Below are positions 59,823-64,000 of a DNA stretch of 64,000 bases, piece after piece (position 1 is the first letter of the stretch; each line of letters begins with the position of its first letter). A model generated the notes under the pieces. That model saw only the letters and a list, made by a program, of their open reading frames with translations. It was not told where the DNA came from and ran no database searches. The position numbers and the translations under genes were made by a program. The stretch is from an uncultured bacterium. Its GTDB lineage: Bacteria; Zixibacteria; MSB-5A5; JAABVY01; JAHJOQ01. The stretch lies in contig CBDUQR010000012.1 in the NCBI GenBank assembly GCA_965369655.1, positions 1 to 64,000 on the forward strand. Direction: 5' to 3'.

Positions 59823-59851
59823 AGGTAGTAAGTCACCCGACGAGTCTAACG

Positions 59852-61924
59852 TCAGCATTCTCCACATGGTGCGGGGCCACCAGCGAAGATATACTCGATC
59901 AGGTAGACGACATCGTCAATGTCGATCGCACCGGTGCAGTCAACATCACCCGTCCAGGATGGATCAGGCTCGGGACCGCCGGCAAAGATGTACTGGATCA
60001 AGTACACGACATCATCTATGTCAGAGGTGCCGCTACCATCAGCGTCGCCATGCATTTCTCCGCAGGGTGTGAAACTCCATGCGGAAGTGTACGGAGTAGC
60101 ACCGCAATCGTTGATCGCTTTGAGTCGCCAGTATTGAGTGTAGCCGGAGACAAATCCTGATGCAGTGTAGGTCGCCTGTTCGACCGTGTCGATAATCTCC
60201 GGACTCTCGAAAAGCGGGCTGTCGTCGATCTCGACGATGAAGCTATCGATCACCTGAAAGTCCTCCCATTCGAGGACGATGTCTGGCAATGGAACGAGAG
60301 CGGAATCGGCAGGCGAAAGATGTCCTGGTTCGGTCGGTTCACCGGGCGCCTGACCGATCCATGTTGACCATGCGTGGTTTGCCGTCGCCCACTCGTGGAA
60401 AATCCAGACCGATTTCTGCGATGGATCGACTGAGATGCCGCCGTAATCGCCCCACCTGGTTGGACCGCTCGATCCGAAGTAATTGAGTCCAATTTTCAAA
60501 CCATGCGATGTGTTGTCCTTCTCGTAGGCGTCAACGTAGAATATGCTCGGGTAATCCTCGCTCCCTGAAACGCTGAACACGATGTAAATCCGATCTCTGT
60601 AGTCGGTCGCGATAGTAGGGAAGAAATAGTGTTTGCCGTCTGCGCCGTAAATCTCGTTCAGGAATGGGCTGGCCGTGGCGACATCGATCCCGATCAGTCT
60701 CAGGGACGCGACATAGCCGCTTCCCCAGTTGAAACTTTGAGCAAAAGCCGTATAGAGTTTCTCGTTTCTGAAGAAGACATCCTGAGTCATCGGACCGATA
60801 GCCTGGAGTGTTGCGCTCGTGTACGGCTGGGTCGGATTCGGCGGCGGGGTGTACGACGCGATCAGGTTTACCTGCGGCATGAGTTGGATTGTCGGGTCAT
60901 CCGTTCCAGCGTCTGTGATCTTCCAGTACGTAGTGAAGTTCGCGCCATACCAGACATTGCTAAGGCAATATTCACCTCCTGCGTCACTGAGTGTCACGGC
61001 GGGCTTGACTGTAAAGGCGGTTTCATTGTTGTTGTATCTCATGCGCCAGAAGTCATGCCATCCCGTTATCGCACCGGAATAAAGCTCGGCTTTTTTCAGT
61101 ATTCTGATCTTGGACCACTGGAAGCCTGTGGTGAATCCCCAGTCGTTTGATGTGATATAGACGGCATCCGAATAGTCAAATCCGAGACCGGGGTAGTCGG
61201 GCCAGACATCGGCAGGGATATCGCCTGTGAGAGTCGCATCGAGGTTATAGAGCCACCACTCTCCCATCGCGTCACCGGTCTTGGAGACAGCCACAAGATA
61301 CGATGCCTGAGAGACATCATTGGTGCAGAGGAAGAGTATGATGAATCGATCCTCGAACGGATCGTAGACTACTTTCGGGTCGAATATGAATGTGCTCGGC
61401 GGGCTGACAGGCGCGAAGAAGCTCTGCGATGTCACCTGATAGAGCGGCGATCCTGATTCCTTGTGAAATACGGCAATGGAACTGTTGACAACGACGACGA
61501 CATGATCTGTGCCAACTGCGACATGCGGATCGGGCGGATTCCATCCGGTTGAATTGATGCCGTTGTAGGATCTGCACGGCACGCCGTCGATGTCATCGTC
61601 TTTCGACCTGTTCAGCGCGCCCGGGTCCTGTTTGGCGATTGCAATGCCGTCACGCTGACCAGCTTCCCGGAGCTGCTCAATGTACGCTTTGTCGACTCTG
61701 AACGGTCTTGGATGGTGCTTGATTCTCTTGCTCGGCTTAGGCGTCTGGGCATCGAAATCGAGTGAAATCGATCGCATGGAGACTGTGGCGGCGTTGATGG
61801 TTTCTGAGTGCTGAGCAGATTCCGCGCGTGTGCCGGGAGCGGTCTTGCCGAACAGTGCATCGCACGCCATGATGTTGATGAGCATCAGACATGCTGTAGC
61901 GCCTGTTGCGAGTTTCCTGGTCAT
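59852..61924 (-). CDS. Secreted beta-rich protein with C-terminal dockerin
   Basis: Signal peptide; PPDPHVAVG, FDPKVVYD, DYPGLG, RWGDY; FN3-like segment; duplicated dockerin. Confidence 0.82.
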   Translation of the reverse strand: MTRKLATGATACLMLINIMACDALFGKTAPGTRAESAQHSETINAATVSMRSISLDFDAQTPKPSKRIKHHPRPFRVDKAYIEQLREAGQRDGIAIAKQDPGALNRSKDDDIDGVPCRSYNGINSTGWNPPDPHVAVGTDHVVVVVNSSIAVFHKESGSPLYQVTSQSFFAPVSPPSTFIFDPKVVYDPFEDRFIILFLCTNDVSQASYLVAVSKTGDAMGEWWLYNLDATLTGDIPADVWPDYPGLGFDYSDAVYITSNDWGFTTGFQWSKIRILKKAELYSGAITGWHDFWRMRYNNNETAFTVKPAVTLSDAGGEYCLSNVWYGANFTTYWKITDAGTDDPTIQLMPQVNLIASYTPPPNPTQPYTSATLQAIGPMTQDVFFRNEKLYTAFAQSFNWGSGYVASLRLIGIDVATASPFLNEIYGADGKHYFFPTIATDYRDRIYIVFSVSGSEDYPSIFYVDAYEKDNTSHGLKIGLNYFGSSGPTRWGDYGGISVDPSQKSVWIFHEWATANHAWSTWIGQAPGEPTEPGHLSPADSALVPLPDIVLEWEDFQVIDSFIVEIDDSPLFESPEIIDTVEQATYTASGFVSGYTQYWRLKAINDCGATPYTSAWSFTPCGEMHGDADGSGTSDIDDVVYLIQYIFAGGPEPDPSWTGDVDCTGAIDIDDVVYLIEYIFAGGPAPCGEC

Positions 61925-62048
61925 CTGTATTTCCTCGTATGCTTGAATATTCGAAGTATCATAACAAAAGATACAGCAAGACGTTCAAAAAACAAGGCAT
62001 ATTACAGCATCGGAAGATGGGTGGTGTTGGTTGAGGAGGGTGCTCTAA

Positions 62049-62080
62049 GTCGTCACCCCTGCGAAGGCAGGGGTCCATCT
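62049..62080. repeat. REP hairpin
   Basis: GTCACCCCTGCGAAGGCAGGGGTCCA. Confidence 0.65.
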
Positions 62081-62174
62081 TGTAGTTTCGACAATTCGCG
62101 CAAAGCGCGAAAAGGAAGAAAGACTGTCAAGTTTGTCGGCTCGCTTCGCGAACTCCGAGATTTGATCTACTCAG

Positions 62175-63998
62175 TTAAAACCTCTTGAAGTGCCGCCTGA
62201 ATGCCACTACTATGAACGACAGCATCACAACAGTGAAAAGTTTCTCACCTATGAGGAATAAGTACCACCCACGATCGCAACAACCGGACTCGAATCTCTC
62301 GCAAAAAACACCGTCCTGCATGAAGAATATGCTCCTGAGGTTGCGTGTCAGATGATCAAGCCATCCGTCGAAAGCCCCTCTGATATGATCGAGGTTTCCT
62401 GTCCACGAGAACGTTGGATCGCCCATCCAAAGCATTGTTACTATCGGTGCCAGAGCGCAGATTACGAGTATGAGAACAAGAATGGGGACCCATATGCGCT
62501 CACAGTAGTATGCAAGCCACATGTAGAGAGCGTGCTTGCTCAGAAGCCACTGTCCAAATGGTCCATGCATCTCCCGCCGGAGATCCATTTCTCTCGCATG
62601 AAATGCACCTGCCATCTCGTAGTTCTTTGACGAATTCATGTTTGATTGCAATCTCTGATAGCACTCGATTACGTTGAGATAGCGTTGTCTAAGAGTTCCC
62701 ATCTTTCTGCCCGTAAGCGATTGAACAGACGCGATTACAAGGCTTCTGATAGCTTCAAAGTTTCGCCTTGAGAAATCTTGTGAATGCGGTACTACATCGT
62801 GAACAAGCTCATTTGCGGATTGAGGTCTCCCTCGCACGATGAAGTTATATAGCGCTCGGATAAGCCCCTTGATTCTCGCGAACCATCGAGGAAAGGCAAG
62901 TCGAACGTACTTGAGAGCAAGGTCATCTCCGATTCTGAGGTCTGACTTGTTGCTTGTTACCACAGGAGTTGTGATACTAATGCCCTTGACATCGCACCCC
63001 AAGAGAATGATCTGTGGGAAGTACAGTGTCTTAATGTGGGTCGACTGAGGATTCTCGAACACTGCTCTTGCAAGCGAAATATTTCCACCTTCTCCTTCAC
63101 GTTTGAAATCTCGTATGAGCAAGGATTTCATGAACCTGCATTCTGAGAGGTTGATCCGGTCTTTGAAGGAATTTGATCGAAAGCTCGCACGCCTTTCAAA
63201 TACACAGGAGTTCATATCCAGAATTCCAAAATCTGAAATGGTAATCTCGCAGTCACCTTTGATGATCATGTTTTTTGCTTCTACGGAGACATCCTCAAAA
63301 TGACAGAGGCGAAATACCAGTCCTTTGTTGAACACGCATCCGGACAATGATGCGTCCGACTTGAGAGTGACATCATCAAGGAGGAGCACGCAGTTGAATA
63401 CAGAAAAATCGAAAATAGACTTATAGTTGAACGTCAGACCTTTCTGAAACGCGAAGTGATCTGGGAAGACGAACCGAGTGAAATCGTGAAGATCACCACA
63501 TGCAAGAGTCTCGTTTACGGCTTCACTAAACTGTTCAAGTGGCTTATCCTCTGCAGAGGAATGGCATATACACTTATCTCCTCTAAAGGCAGGTCTACCG
63601 CATGAAGAACCGTCACTCATAATAGCAGAGCAATCACCAGTGGGTTCTTCTTGAGCTACTCCGTCGGGTATTGGTGTCAACTCCCTAACTGTATCTCTTT
63701 CGGCGACTTGCTCCGACACAAGGTAATGGATGATCTCATTGATTCTTGGAAGCCATTGTGCTTCCGCTATACGCTCACTGGAGTCAAGTGTATAGTGACG
63801 GATGATACTATTCTGCTGGAAGAACTCAACTGAGGATTTGATCTCAGATGGTTGGATCATCAAAGAGCTTTGAATAAGCTTTTCGACGTTGACGACACTG
63901 CGCGGATTCGCCTTGAAGAATGTTCGTAAAACCTCTCCTATTTTGATTAACTGGTCATTTTTTGTCCATTCAGGGTACTTGAAGACATCAGGAGTGGT
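62175..63998 (-). CDS. Pentapeptide-repeat-like membrane protein, 5' end outside the window
   Basis: Frame stays open to the window edge; C..C..C.CH motif, F-x4 periodic repeats, C-terminal TMs; AT-rich. Confidence 0.7.
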   Translation of the reverse strand, partial: TTPDVFKYPEWTKNDQLIKIGEVLRTFFKANPRSVVNVEKLIQSSLMIQPSEIKSSVEFFQQNSIIRHYTLDSSERIAEAQWLPRINEIIHYLVSEQVAERDTVRELTPIPDGVAQEEPTGDCSAIMSDGSSCGRPAFRGDKCICHSSAEDKPLEQFSEAVNETLACGDLHDFTRFVFPDHFAFQKGLTFNYKSIFDFSVFNCVLLLDDVTLKSDASLSGCVFNKGLVFRLCHFEDVSVEAKNMIIKGDCEITISDFGILDMNSCVFERRASFRSNSFKDRINLSECRFMKSLLIRDFKREGEGGNISLARAVFENPQSTHIKTLYFPQIILLGCDVKGISITTPVVTSNKSDLRIGDDLALKYVRLAFPRWFARIKGLIRALYNFIVRGRPQSANELVHDVVPHSQDFSRRNFEAIRSLVIASVQSLTGRKMGTLRQRYLNVIECYQRLQSNMNSSKNYEMAGAFHAREMDLRREMHGPFGQWLLSKHALYMWLAYYCERIWVPILVLILVICALAPIVTMLWMGDPTFSWTGNLDHIRGAFDGWLDHLTRNLRSIFFMQDGVFCERFESGCCDRGWYLFLIGEKLFTVVMLSFIVVAFRRHFKRF

Positions 63999-64000
63999 CG

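Noticed and set aside
55019-60060. Similar DNA at the 3' ends of two genes as a DGR template/variable repeat pair
   Set aside because: Explained by paralogous dockerin-coding sequences; no reverse transcriptase gene in the window.

Overview
Bacterial chromosomal window. The dockerin-like C-termini (GDADGSG.VDIDDVVY.I.YIF.GGP.P) suggest candidate phylum Zixibacteria (inference). About 1-39.8 kb is mostly housekeeping: argS, a degenerate AroA-like gene, MATE, a DUF2723/GT4/flippase/manC cluster, tsaC, dtd, maf, smc, ftsY, rlmH, ruvB, queH/queA, ispD/ispF, ddl, cysS and fbaB. The most striking feature is 40.3-54.4 kb, a phage DNA-packaging/head module: portal, large terminase, a prohead protease fused to apparently dead ligase and LigD-phosphoesterase-like domains, scaffold, decoration protein, major capsid protein, adaptor, fibre-like proteins with signal peptides and a holin-like protein. 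I recognise no integrase, replication, tail tube/tape measure or endolysin genes. The module is split into three blocks by host-type genes and host REP repeats, and it overlaps a housekeeping gene at its right end. This looks like a domesticated, GTA-like system rather than an intact prophage. The intergenic DNA is rich in REP-like palindromes, including a 19-bp micro-element nested inside several different REP hairpins. There is also a candidate sigma54-driven small RNA next to the portal gene. No tRNA, rRNA or convincing CRISPR array was seen. All protein calls are by eye from motifs; no database searches were run.
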